Virus record (IMG/VR): IMGVR_UViG_3300032246_001270
DNA length: 64,000 bases
Direction: 5' to 3' (one strand)
Origin: a virus
Shown piece after piece: positions 51,719 to 60,222 of this stretch. Every line of letters starts with the position of its first letter. The stretch's first letter is position 1. The position numbers and the translations under genes are program-made. The notes beneath the pieces were generated by a model. That model saw only the letters and a program-made list of their open reading frames with translations. It did no database searches and had not been told where the DNA came from.

Positions 51719-52054
51719 TTACTTTGTTTTTATAATCAATTCACCCAATACCTCAATTTTACCAACTAATTCCTGAAATTCTATTTGTTCCATATTAGTT
51801 GCTTCAGGCATCGAACACAATTGTCCCATTAGTTTTTTGTATTCCATTTTAACCATTTTCATATCCAACTGTCCATCTTTTGCTTTCTTGTAGTATGGAA
51901 GTTTTACTTTGAAATGATGGTAAGTCAAAAGAGCCGGCCCACCTTTCTCTTTTGCATCGTTAGTGATTTTAGTAGCACCATCCAATCTCTTACCAGCAAA
52001 AGTTTCTAAATCTCCACTAACTTCTTCTTTTAATATATTACTTAACTTTATCAT
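51719..52054 (-). CDS. Small protein with MIKL..ILKE leader (putative internal head protein)
   Basis: Start reassigned to ATG 52054 (MIKLSNILKE-E), 1 nt after the upstream stop. Confidence 0.6.
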   Translation of the reverse strand: MIKLSNILKEEVSGDLETFAGKRLDGATKITNDAKEKGGPALLTYHHFKVKLPYYKKAKDGQLDMKMVKMEYKKLMGQLCSMPEATNMEQIEFQELVGKIEVLGELIIKTK

Positions 52055-52055
52055 A

Positions 52056-52535
52056 TTATTTACAGGTTTTCCAACCACCACCTTTTGATTTGTAATTTTT
52101 TGCAGCCCAGCCATTTGCATATGCTGATGGATATACATCAAACTTACTTTTTGCTGCTGCTTTAGATGCTGACCATTTTTCTGGGTCTGTTGGACAATTT
52201 CTTTCTAAAAATAATCCCATTGCTTCTTCAATTACCTCATGTTTCTTTTTACCGGCACAATGTGCTTTTTGTGAGAATCCTTTTGGATTAGAACAATTGA
52301 TAGATTTTTTATATTTTGCACTCCAAGTTTCATTCATAGAACCTAATCCACATCTTTCTAAAAATTCATCAGTATTTACTTCAATATTTTCTTTTTTAAA
52401 ATCTCTAAGTCTATCTAATGCCATTTGTTTACGATTATCAATATCCTTAACTTGGTTAAGCATATCAACAATACCATCAACCATTTCTTTTTGATGTGGT
52501 TGTTCTTCTTTTAATAAATTACTTAAATATATCAT
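52056..52535 (-). CDS. Mosaic of small basic domains with MIYL..LLKE leader
   Basis: MIYLSNLLKE; WSAKYKKSINCSNPKGFSQKAHC; KFDVYPSAYANGW...KGGGW. Confidence 0.6.
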   Translation of the reverse strand: MIYLSNLLKEEQPHQKEMVDGIVDMLNQVKDIDNRKQMALDRLRDFKKENIEVNTDEFLERCGLGSMNETWSAKYKKSINCSNPKGFSQKAHCAGKKKHEVIEEAMGLFLERNCPTDPEKWSASKAAAKSKFDVYPSAYANGWAAKNYKSKGGGWKTCK

Positions 52536-52981
52536 TATGCTCCTGTTTTTACAAATGTTGGTTTCTGTCCTTTACTTTGTTCACCACCTTTTTTACTATC
52601 ACCTGCTTTGGATTGTGCACTTCTTTTTCTTTTTACAAATGCTGCTCTACCATCAGGTCCTAACTTTGCTGCTTTCTCTTTTGATAAACAAGCTGCGTAT
52701 GCTGAGCCTGATTTACTATCTCCACATTTACCTACTTTTTTTCCTTTACTATCATATCTATCCCAACCACCACCACTACTTGAACCTTCACCACCTTTAC
52801 CAAACCATTTACGAAGGTCTTCTTTAATTGGTGTATTATCATTTCCGCATTTATGGCAAAGATATGGATTTGTTTCACCACCATCATAACCATCAGATAT
52901 ATCCCAATGCCAGCCACACTTATCGCATGTAACTACACCATCTTTAAAAATTTCGTTTAATATATCGGTAAGCTTTATCAT
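52535..52981 (-). CDS. Mosaic protein (Zn ribbon + basic domain) with MIKL..ILNE leader
   Basis: Start reassigned to ATG 52981 (MIKLTDILNE); CDKCG...CHKCG; EDLRKWFG...CG...ACL. Confidence 0.6.
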   Translation of the reverse strand: MIKLTDILNEIFKDGVVTCDKCGWHWDISDGYDGGETNPYLCHKCGNDNTPIKEDLRKWFGKGGEGSSSGGGWDRYDSKGKKVGKCGDSKSGSAYAACLSKEKAAKLGPDGRAAFVKRKRSAQSKAGDSKKGGEQSKGQKPTFVKTGA

Positions 52982-52982
52982 A

Positions 52983-53492
52983 TTACCACTTTCTACAACT
53001 CCAATAGTTTGCTTTTGTTCTTGGACCCGGATTATCACAATTCATTCTTGCTCTAAAAGATTTTCTAGCTGCAGGATTTGATTTTCTGATTTTCATTCCT
53101 TTCTGTCCGAAGTTTACTTTAATGATTTTACCAGTCTTAGGATTCTTTACATATACCTTAAACTTCTTAACATCACCTTGCATTGGTTTACCTAACTTTA
53201 CTTCTCTACCTTGATATTCTGCTTCGTAAACACAATTACAATTTGCTTCTTCTAATTGAGTTGAATAACCTTTTAAGAAGTTTATGAAATCATCCATATC
53301 TTCTTGCTCAACATCCAATTCATCATAATCATCAATTGGATTATCGGTTGGAGTATCACCAAGTTTGTAAGCTTGGTCTACATAAGCATCTTCGTTTTTA
53401 GGCTTAATGCCTTTTTTCTTCATATTGATTGCAATTGCAGCCTGTCGTGCTGCATTTGCTGCTTCATTTAATAAGTTATTTAATTTTATCAT
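52983..53492 (-). CDS. Mosaic protein with MIKL..LLNE leader
   Basis: MIKLNNLLNE; EAEYQGREVKLGKP; KVNFGQ...RKSFRARMNC...ANYWSC. Confidence 0.6.
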   Translation of the reverse strand: MIKLNNLLNEAANAARQAAIAINMKKKGIKPKNEDAYVDQAYKLGDTPTDNPIDDYDELDVEQEDMDDFINFLKGYSTQLEEANCNCVYEAEYQGREVKLGKPMQGDVKKFKVYVKNPKTGKIIKVNFGQKGMKIRKSNPAARKSFRARMNCDNPGPRTKANYWSCRKW

Positions 53493-53598
53493 TTGCCAAT
53501 CTATTTAATATTTCTTGATTTTGCTTTATTAATTCTGCAGTCTTAACTCCAGACTTAACGCTTCTCATTGCTCTTTTCTTTTTAGGTTTTGTTCCCAT
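53476..53598 (-). CDS. Small basic peptide (40 aa)
   Basis: MGTKPKKKRAMRSVKSG...NDKIK*; fills the gap between the CsgG-like gene and 53492. Confidence 0.5.
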   Translation of the reverse strand: MGTKPKKKRAMRSVKSGVKTAELIKQNQEILNRLANDKIK

Positions 53599-53599
53599 A

Positions 53600-54322
53600 T
53601 TATTTAGCGAATACGCCCTTTTTAATCATTTTATCTAATATATTTGCACATGCTATATCTAATGCTTTTTTAGTTGAAATACTAATAGTTGATTGGTTAA
53701 ATTTAATTGGGTCTATTGAAGCATCTGAAACTAATGTTAATTGTCTATTTGTTTTAGCTTCACCCAAACCAGATGCTGCTATGATAGTTCCATTCTCTGC
53801 ATTTGTAAAACGTACCTGTAAACCTAAACGAGTTACTAAGTTATCTTTGATACCATCCTTTAAATTAATAGTTTCATCTTCGGATACTGAATAATCATAT
53901 ACTTCAATTTCAACAAAGTAATGTGCTAACTTAATCTTTCCTCTACCATCTAATTTGTTTTCGGAAATACCAGCTTGTGATGCTTGATATTGTTTTACCA
54001 TTCTATTTTTAATCTCAGTCTTATCTTCGGTAAATTCAAATCTGTTAAGGTTGTCCAAATATTCTAATACGATATTTGCAACACCCAATCCAACTCTCTT
54101 TTCTTTTAGTTCAGGATACATTTCATATACCTCATCACCAATACCACATTTTAGGATTTGAATATTCTTTTTAGGACCTTCATAATCCATATATTGAGAG
54201 ATATCTTTTTTCTTTTCAAAATCAGCCTTAAACTCCTCAGTCTTAGTGCTTCCTATTGTTTGAGCAACAACCACAGTGCTGCTTAATAAAAAGAAACTTA
54301 ATAATAATAATAAATTTTTCAT
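53600..54322 (-). CDS. CsgG/HfaB-family secreted protein
   Basis: Signal peptide; L..LNRFEFTED, GKIKLAHYFV.IEVYDY and LQVRFTNAENGTII match the CsgG-type alpha/beta pattern. Confidence 0.7.
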   Translation of the reverse strand: MKNLLLLLSFFLLSSTVVVAQTIGSTKTEEFKADFEKKKDISQYMDYEGPKKNIQILKCGIGDEVYEMYPELKEKRVGLGVANIVLEYLDNLNRFEFTEDKTEIKNRMVKQYQASQAGISENKLDGRGKIKLAHYFVEIEVYDYSVSEDETINLKDGIKDNLVTRLGLQVRFTNAENGTIIAASGLGEAKTNRQLTLVSDASIDPIKFNQSTISISTKKALDIACANILDKMIKKGVFAK

Positions 54323-54350
54323 ATATTTTTTTCATTTCCTATATAAATAT

Positions 54351-54380
54351 AAAAAAAGGGGAAAACTATGTTCTCCCCTT
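54351..54380 (-). terminator. Intrinsic terminator
   Basis: Minus strand AAGGGGAGAAC-ATA-GTTTTCCCCTT-TTTTT. Confidence 0.8.
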
Positions 54381-54420
54381 ATAATATATCCGCCCTTCCT
54401 ACAGTTAAAGGACATATTTA

Positions 54421-54687
54421 CTATCCTTCTTCCTCTTCAGTCTTTGTTGTTGCATCTCCACCTTTTTTTGTAAATTTATCCAAAGTATCTGCACCCATAC
54501 CAATAGCAGTAACTACCATTACGGCGTTTACTAATTCAGCAGCTGGTTTAAAGTGTTCTTCGGTAAATGAATTTGCTAACATAGTACCACAAAGAAATAA
54601 TGCACCTATAAATGCGATTACTGGTTTTACAGATATTGCACCTCTTTCGTCTTTGAAGATGTCAATTACCCATTCTTTGAATGTCAT
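54421..54687 (-). CDS. Small two-TM membrane protein (holin-like)
   Basis: 88 aa, two hydrophobic helices, charged C-terminus. Confidence 0.5.
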   Translation of the reverse strand: MTFKEWVIDIFKDERGAISVKPVIAFIGALFLCGTMLANSFTEEHFKPAAELVNAVMVVTAIGMGADTLDKFTKKGGDATTKTEEEEG

Positions 54688-54743
54688 AGTTTTTGTATTT
54701 AAAAATTAAACTATGTAACCGATTTAAGAAACATATTAATATT

Positions 54744-55100
54744 TTACCATTGTGCTGGCTTCTCTTTGAACTCATCACCTTCTTTCTTTTTAGGTTTTGG
54801 TGCATCTGCTGGTTTAGCAGTTGTTGTTCCACCACCTTTGTTGATGATTACTGTTTTACCTGCTCCCGCTTGTTGTTGCTGAGGGATGTTAATGTTGATT
54901 GATTGCGGTTGAACTTGCTTATCACTATCTTTTGGTTTTTGTAAGTAGGACATTAAAAATGTACCCCCACCTACTACCAATGTACTAACCGTACCAATAA
55001 TAGTTTTTTTCAAACCACTCATTGTACCATCATTATGTTTTTCGTTTTTAGCCATTGCAGCTTCTTCCGATGTTTTTGTTGTTTTTGTTGTTTTTGCCAT
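54744..55100 (-). CDS. Single-TM protein with low-complexity tail
   Basis: IIGTVSTLVVGGGTFLM followed by a Q/P/K-rich tail. Confidence 0.6.
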   Translation of the reverse strand: MAKTTKTTKTSEEAAMAKNEKHNDGTMSGLKKTIIGTVSTLVVGGGTFLMSYLQKPKDSDKQVQPQSININIPQQQQAGAGKTVIINKGGGTTTAKPADAPKPKKKEGDEFKEKPAQW

Positions 55101-55103
55101 AAT

Positions 55104-55475
55104 TTATATTTTATTAAAGTCAGTTATTCCTAATTGATTACCAGCTGCATCATATAATGCAATTCTATATGCTGATGTTGGGAAAGCGTTAGTATATACC
55201 TTTAAGATATTATCGCCTACTTTTACATCCATAGTAGATTTAGATACTACTCTATTAGCAATATCAGTAATCTTTACAGTCACAGTTTGAGCTACATCAC
55301 TTTTTACATTCATAGCTACTTCCGAAGTTACAAATTGTGATTGTAGTTTAATACCAACCGATGATGCTATTGCTAAATCAGTTCCAGTAACTTGTGCTAT
55401 TGGAGTTGGTACATCTACTTTTGTACATCCAGCAAATACGAAGGTTGCAACCAATATTAATGCTAATTTTTTCAT
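55104..55475 (-). CDS. Lipoprotein with T9SS C-terminal-domain-like Ig fold
   Basis: Lipobox FAG-C; VKITDIANRVV...LKVYTNAFPTSAYRIAL...DFNKI. Confidence 0.6.
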   Translation of the reverse strand: MKKLALILVATFVFAGCTKVDVPTPIAQVTGTDLAIASSVGIKLQSQFVTSEVAMNVKSDVAQTVTVKITDIANRVVSKSTMDVKVGDNILKVYTNAFPTSAYRIALYDAAGNQLGITDFNKI

Positions 55476-55476
55476 T

Positions 55477-55824
55477 TTACTTAATTATAATTGTTGTTTT
55501 ACCTACTTGGGTTTTGTTTCCATCCTCCAATAGTAAGTATAAATATGTTGTAGGTAACGATTTGGTGTAAAGTGTTAGTTTATTTTCTCCTATTTTTCCA
55601 GTAAATCTTTCTCTTGTCACAACTTGGTTTGTCACCGAGTCCCCAATTGTCAATGTATATACGCCACCAGCCTTTAAGTTAAATTTGATTTCTTGTCCAT
55701 CAGTTACCTCACTTTGTTTAGTACTAAAGATATCAGTATTTGTAGCTACTATTGGTAAAGGTGCATCCACCTTTCTACATGCGGAAAGTAATACTAAACT
55801 TAATATAAAAAATATCTTTCTCAT
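55477..55824 (-). CDS. Lipoprotein with T9SS-CTD-like Ig fold, paralogue of 55104..55475
   Basis: Lipobox LSA-C; C.KVD.P.PI, GEN.L.LYT..LPT and KTTIIIK. Confidence 0.6.
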   Translation of the reverse strand: MRKIFFILSLVLLSACRKVDAPLPIVATNTDIFSTKQSEVTDGQEIKFNLKAGGVYTLTIGDSVTNQVVTRERFTGKIGENKLTLYTKSLPTTYLYLLLEDGNKTQVGKTTIIIK

Positions 55825-57740
55825 TAGTTTACTTTAAGTTTTAATTGTTTACCATCTTTATTAACTGCATCAGTAGAACCAATTGCTAATAATCCTAAAG
55901 TGTTTGTAATTCCTCTAGTTGGTGTGAATATTACTTTATATTCAGTTGTATTATCTAAAGAAGTGCTACCATCCGTAATCAAAGAACCTAAATTTACAAA
56001 CGTTCCTTTATCAGTTCCATAATTCATTGGAGAACCTTTTGTTTTAAATTCAACACCTTCAAACTTTAAAACTGAATTATCATAGTTTAATTGAAATTGA
56101 GTTCCTACTACATTTTGTTGTAATGGGTCAAATGTTATGTAAGCATACACTTTACCATTTGCTAATTCCGTTATGATAGAGGATTGTACATCCGTTGATA
56201 CAGCCGTTGTTCTAACACTCATTGTAGTTATACCATTTGATTTAGGTATGGTTGAATGAGATAGATTTACATCACCTTTCCAAGCCATAGCTAAATTCAA
56301 GGTATCCGTAGATTTGCCAGTGTTTATATCAAATGAATAATTACTATCTAATGGATTTGTAAACGTAGTCCAATTAGATTTACCAATTTTATCATAAGTT
56401 GATTGTGATATTATTCTCAATGTATTACTTAATTTAAATGTATCAACTATGTTTTTCTTTCCGGTTAAATGTTGTAATAATAAAAACGCATCAGCTTCAT
56501 TAAAGTAACCATCATTATTTACATCTCCGTTTTTATATTGAATACCATATGTAAATTCGTTTCCACTTTGATTTCCAAATATACCAACATTTGCTACTTC
56601 CTTAAATGCCAACCAAACATCCGATACCGTTACAATACTATTATATAATGTTGCTAAATTGTTTGTAGTTGTCAATGATATTTTTTGTGTTTTATATGCT
56701 TGAGTTGCAGAAAATGCAATTGTACTTTGAAAAGCATAATCTGTATTCCAACCATTTACATTTCTAATAGATGAATTATTTGCGGAAGTTCCATCAGTTA
56801 TTTTTGTTAGTGGTGATGGTACGGTATATATTGCCCAAGTTCCATCATTTGAAGAAAATGTAACAGGCCCATCATATGCATCAAATATTTTTACACTATT
56901 AATTGTAGTTGGGTCTATATTACCAACTTGTCTCATATCAATTAATAATCTACTATTACCATTCAACCAACTTGCGTTTGGATTTGTGTAAGACCATTCA
57001 ACTTGACCGGCTGTAATTGTTGCTTTGTATCCAGTATTAACTTTGTTACTATCTAATAAAGATGTTATATCTGCCGTTCCGTTTGAACTTAGTGCCGAAC
57101 CCAATGAGAATTTAGTGGCATCTACGTTTGTATTAAAATTAAAATTAGTAATTGCTTTTTTAGTTGGTGTTGATGGTTGTGTTGAATAACACTCATCCGA
57201 TTGAATACTCCAATTACTTTGAGATGGTCTTTTCCATTCCAAATCCATTCCCCAACCACCGCTCCAGTTTTGGTATCTAGCCATAAAAGCATAAGATTTA
57301 CCAGCAACTAAATTAACAGTTCCATAATGATTTGCACCAAATCCATGTGGACCATAAAATGATGTTACCACACTTCCATCCAAAGAGAAATCAACACCAT
57401 CATCTCCGTTTATGAAAAAAGAATATGTTCCAGTTTCTTTTGGAACAAAATATCCATAAATTTTAATACCGGTATAATTTCCGCCATTTGGAATATCCGA
57501 TGCTGTCCATCTACCATTAAAATCTAAAAGTGCTGAATTTACTGCTGCCGTTCCACTTGCATAAACTGTTGCACCCTTAGTTACATCAAACATATTAACA
57601 AAGTCAGTTGCGTTATTAGCATATGCTCCCGCTCCATTATTAATAATGTTATAGACAGTATAATTCAAATAACCCACCCCCGATTGGGAGTAGGTTACGA
57701 ATGATATTAATAAGAATAAGAGAGTAACTAATTTTTTCAT
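55824..57740 (-). CDS. Secreted protein: PA14 domain, dockerin-like domain, C-terminal cohesin-like domain
   Basis: Signal peptide; GYFVPKETGTYSF...DDG...L.AGKSY (PA14); GDVNNDGYFNEADAFLLLQHL (dockerin); VVGTQFQLNYDNSVLKF (cohesin). Confidence 0.7.
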   Translation of the reverse strand: MKKLVTLLFLLISFVTYSQSGVGYLNYTVYNIINNGAGAYANNATDFVNMFDVTKGATVYASGTAAVNSALLDFNGRWTASDIPNGGNYTGIKIYGYFVPKETGTYSFFINGDDGVDFSLDGSVVTSFYGPHGFGANHYGTVNLVAGKSYAFMARYQNWSGGWGMDLEWKRPSQSNWSIQSDECYSTQPSTPTKKAITNFNFNTNVDATKFSLGSALSSNGTADITSLLDSNKVNTGYKATITAGQVEWSYTNPNASWLNGNSRLLIDMRQVGNIDPTTINSVKIFDAYDGPVTFSSNDGTWAIYTVPSPLTKITDGTSANNSSIRNVNGWNTDYAFQSTIAFSATQAYKTQKISLTTTNNLATLYNSIVTVSDVWLAFKEVANVGIFGNQSGNEFTYGIQYKNGDVNNDGYFNEADAFLLLQHLTGKKNIVDTFKLSNTLRIISQSTYDKIGKSNWTTFTNPLDSNYSFDINTGKSTDTLNLAMAWKGDVNLSHSTIPKSNGITTMSVRTTAVSTDVQSSIITELANGKVYAYITFDPLQQNVVGTQFQLNYDNSVLKFEGVEFKTKGSPMNYGTDKGTFVNLGSLITDGSTSLDNTTEYKVIFTPTRGITNTLGLLAIGSTDAVNKDGKQLKLKVN

Positions 57741-57741
57741 T

Positions 57742-59409
57742 TTATTCTACGATTAGATTTACTTTGTTACCATTTGCATCTACTGCATCTGATAAAACAG
57801 TGAAGAACAATCCAGTTGTATTTTGTAAAGGTACTTTTGAAGTAAACATTAATTTGTATGGAGTACCTACTTTAATTTTAGATGTTTTGTTTTGGTCAAT
57901 AGAACCAAATGTTAATCTTCCATTATTATGAGTTGAGAAATTTGTCATTGTGTTTCCAGTATCAAATACAACATTATCTAAAGTTAATTTAGAATCATCA
58001 TAGTTCATTATTACTTGTAATCCAGCTAAGTTATCTGCTGTTAATGTACCAACTAATACTACGCTAGTTCCTGATATTGAAGAAACTAAACTTAATGTTG
58101 CGTTTGCTAATTTTTTTGATTCGTATGCTATTGTTGCAAATGATGCTACCGAATTAACTGAATTAGCTTTTACACTAATTGTACTTCCAATTGGATTAAC
58201 ACTCATACCAGTCACTGCTCCAGTTATTGAAGCCGGGTCAGTTGAGTTTGAGTAATCCAAATCTCCACCATATGCAAAAGCAAAATCATTTGTTTGTGTT
58301 GCTGATGTTACCTCTACAATGTTATCAGTTAAAACTCCAGTGTGCCATACATCCTTTTTACCATATAAGAAACCATATGAAGTTGCTGCTTTAGTTGGAA
58401 TCTTAGCTTTTGCTGCTATATCAATTCCCATTACATAAGAGAATAGATTGTATGCATCATCGTTACCAAATGTACTATTAGCGATTGTTACATTACCAAT
58501 TTTCTTTTCTAATGTTGGGTATTGGAAATAGCTTGTAGTACCATTAATACCAACCGATGCGTTTTGTAAGAATGCTTTATATGCATCTGATACAGTTACA
58601 ATATTATCTAAATAAGCCGTACCAGTTGCCGGGGTAATAACCACACCAAACTTATCACCCACTTTAGGTTTAACAAAAGAAGCGATACCTGTTGAACTAA
58701 AGTTAGCAGTTTCTATTACAGTTCCTGTCATATTAACAGTTCCGTTAGCGTTAAGTGGATATAGTTTTGCGGTTAAGTATATTACCGAAGTATCTGTTGA
58801 TGGAAATGCAACTCTAACATTAAATGCTGCTAAACCACCAGTTACAGTTCCTAAAGAAACTGCGGTACCTGTTGTTGTGATTGGTGAAATATATGCACCA
58901 CTTGCGTTATATGAATAAGCTAAATCTAATTTGTGAATATCAGTATAATCTTCTTTGGCCAATACAATATACTTTTGTGTTGCTATAATCCCATCAACAC
59001 TAGCATCAGTTCTTTGTACAGTTAATTGTCCAACATTCCAATCAGAGTTTACTGCGTAAGCCCAAGGAGATGCTTGATATTGCTCATACAATGAAGTTGC
59101 TGATTTGTTATTCGTAGTGTTAGGTGTGTAGTTATAGTTACTCCAACCTGTATAGAATGTTTGAGAAGAACTACCTTGTGAGAATGATGTTGATACATAA
59201 CTCAATGCTTTGTTATTGAATCGGTATCTTAACCAAAAATAACGAGGTGTAGTTGTTCCTTTAGCAACGGTGTACTTTACCGAAATGGTGTCACCCACTT
59301 TGTAAGGTCCAGCAGTTGTTATAGCTTGGTCTACAGTCAATTGTGCCTGTGCCGTAAACGATAATAGGGATATAACTAATACCCCTAAAAATGTTAATAA
59401 TTTTTTCAT
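57742..59409 (-). CDS. Secreted protein: cohesin-like, dockerin-like, cohesin-like
   Basis: Signal peptide ending AQA-Q; VGDTISV...RFNNKALSY; IVTVSDAY...GNV...DAY...GDLDYS; LAGLQVIMNYDDSKLTL. Confidence 0.65.
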   Translation of the reverse strand: MKKLLTFLGVLVISLLSFTAQAQLTVDQAITTAGPYKVGDTISVKYTVAKGTTTPRYFWLRYRFNNKALSYVSTSFSQGSSSQTFYTGWSNYNYTPNTTNNKSATSLYEQYQASPWAYAVNSDWNVGQLTVQRTDASVDGIIATQKYIVLAKEDYTDIHKLDLAYSYNASGAYISPITTTGTAVSLGTVTGGLAAFNVRVAFPSTDTSVIYLTAKLYPLNANGTVNMTGTVIETANFSSTGIASFVKPKVGDKFGVVITPATGTAYLDNIVTVSDAYKAFLQNASVGINGTTSYFQYPTLEKKIGNVTIANSTFGNDDAYNLFSYVMGIDIAAKAKIPTKAATSYGFLYGKKDVWHTGVLTDNIVEVTSATQTNDFAFAYGGDLDYSNSTDPASITGAVTGMSVNPIGSTISVKANSVNSVASFATIAYESKKLANATLSLVSSISGTSVVLVGTLTADNLAGLQVIMNYDDSKLTLDNVVFDTGNTMTNFSTHNNGRLTFGSIDQNKTSKIKVGTPYKLMFTSKVPLQNTTGLFFTVLSDAVDANGNKVNLIVE

Positions 59410-59410
59410 A

Positions 59411-60061
59411 TTATTTTTTTCCCAATAATTTTGTGATTAGCTTATCGGATGCTTTTTTCAGAGCGTTGCTAAGAGAAGTTTGATTAAATTTACCACCCTC
59501 ATCAACTATTAACGTAGACATTGAGATTTCTGATGATGATTCTTCAACCACTATCTCCTTCTCCTTCTTTCCTTCTTTATATAGAATACCTTGCAATCTA
59601 ACTACTACTTCTTCTTCTCCTTTATGGAATACTGAAATGTTAGTTTTTGTTGAAAGTACATCCAAATAAACAATATTAACTTTTAAGTGATATTTTGCAT
59701 CTTGTGAAAGGTCATATCCCTTTTCTTGAATATATTCCTCTAAGATGTTCTTTACTCCAAATGCAAGATTACGATTTCCTGCTAATTTACCAATCTTAAC
59801 TTGGTTTTCTACTGCATCAACCCATACATGGTCTTCTGCAACATAAAATATGTTTTCAGGTGAGTTTTTGAATGTTCCATCAATTCTCCATTCAATCCAA
59901 TTAATGATATTTCTTTGTAATTCATGCTTACCTGACAATTCTAAATAAACAAAGAACAATTGAAAACATAGGGCAAATATAACCCAAAACCCTACTAAAG
60001 AAAGAAACGCCCATGCAAGTTTATCTTTCCAGTTTAATACAAACGCTTTAATGTAAGACAT
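59411..60061 (-). CDS. Membrane-anchored CsgG-like paralogue
   Basis: N-terminal TM helix; FGVKNILEEY and KFNQTSLSNALKKA align with LGVANIVLEY and KFNQSTISISTKKA of 53600..54322. Confidence 0.6.
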   Translation of the reverse strand: MSYIKAFVLNWKDKLAWAFLSLVGFWVIFALCFQLFFVYLELSGKHELQRNIINWIEWRIDGTFKNSPENIFYVAEDHVWVDAVENQVKIGKLAGNRNLAFGVKNILEEYIQEKGYDLSQDAKYHLKVNIVYLDVLSTKTNISVFHKGEEEVVVRLQGILYKEGKKEKEIVVEESSSEISMSTLIVDEGGKFNQTSLSNALKKASDKLITKLLGKK

Positions 60062-60159
60062 AATTTTTACCTTTTAGTTATTACTATAACCAATTGCGGT
60101 AACAAAGTTAATGAAATCTATTAAAAAAACCTATTGAGAGGGAACGTATTTTGGACAAT

Positions 60160-60196
60160 AAAAAAGGTTATCCAACAATAAATATTGAATAACCTT
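60160..60196 (-). terminator. Intrinsic terminator whose loop contains the late promoter motif
   Basis: Minus strand AAGGTTATTCAA-TATTTATTG-TTGGATAACCTT-TTTT. Confidence 0.7.
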
Positions 60197-60222
60197 AAAA
60201 TAGTATTAATTCGATTGTTAAA

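Noticed and set aside
51719-53038. Track start sites at 52141 and 53038 (also 13417 and 60636)
   Set aside because: They create long overlaps with upstream genes. Downstream ATGs at 52054, 52981, 13387 and 60594 abut the upstream stops and, for the first two, restore the shared leader.
53600-60061. A complete curli (csgBAC/DEFG) operon
   Set aside because: No curlin-repeat subunit and no recognisable CsgE/CsgF; only CsgG-like proteins are supported.
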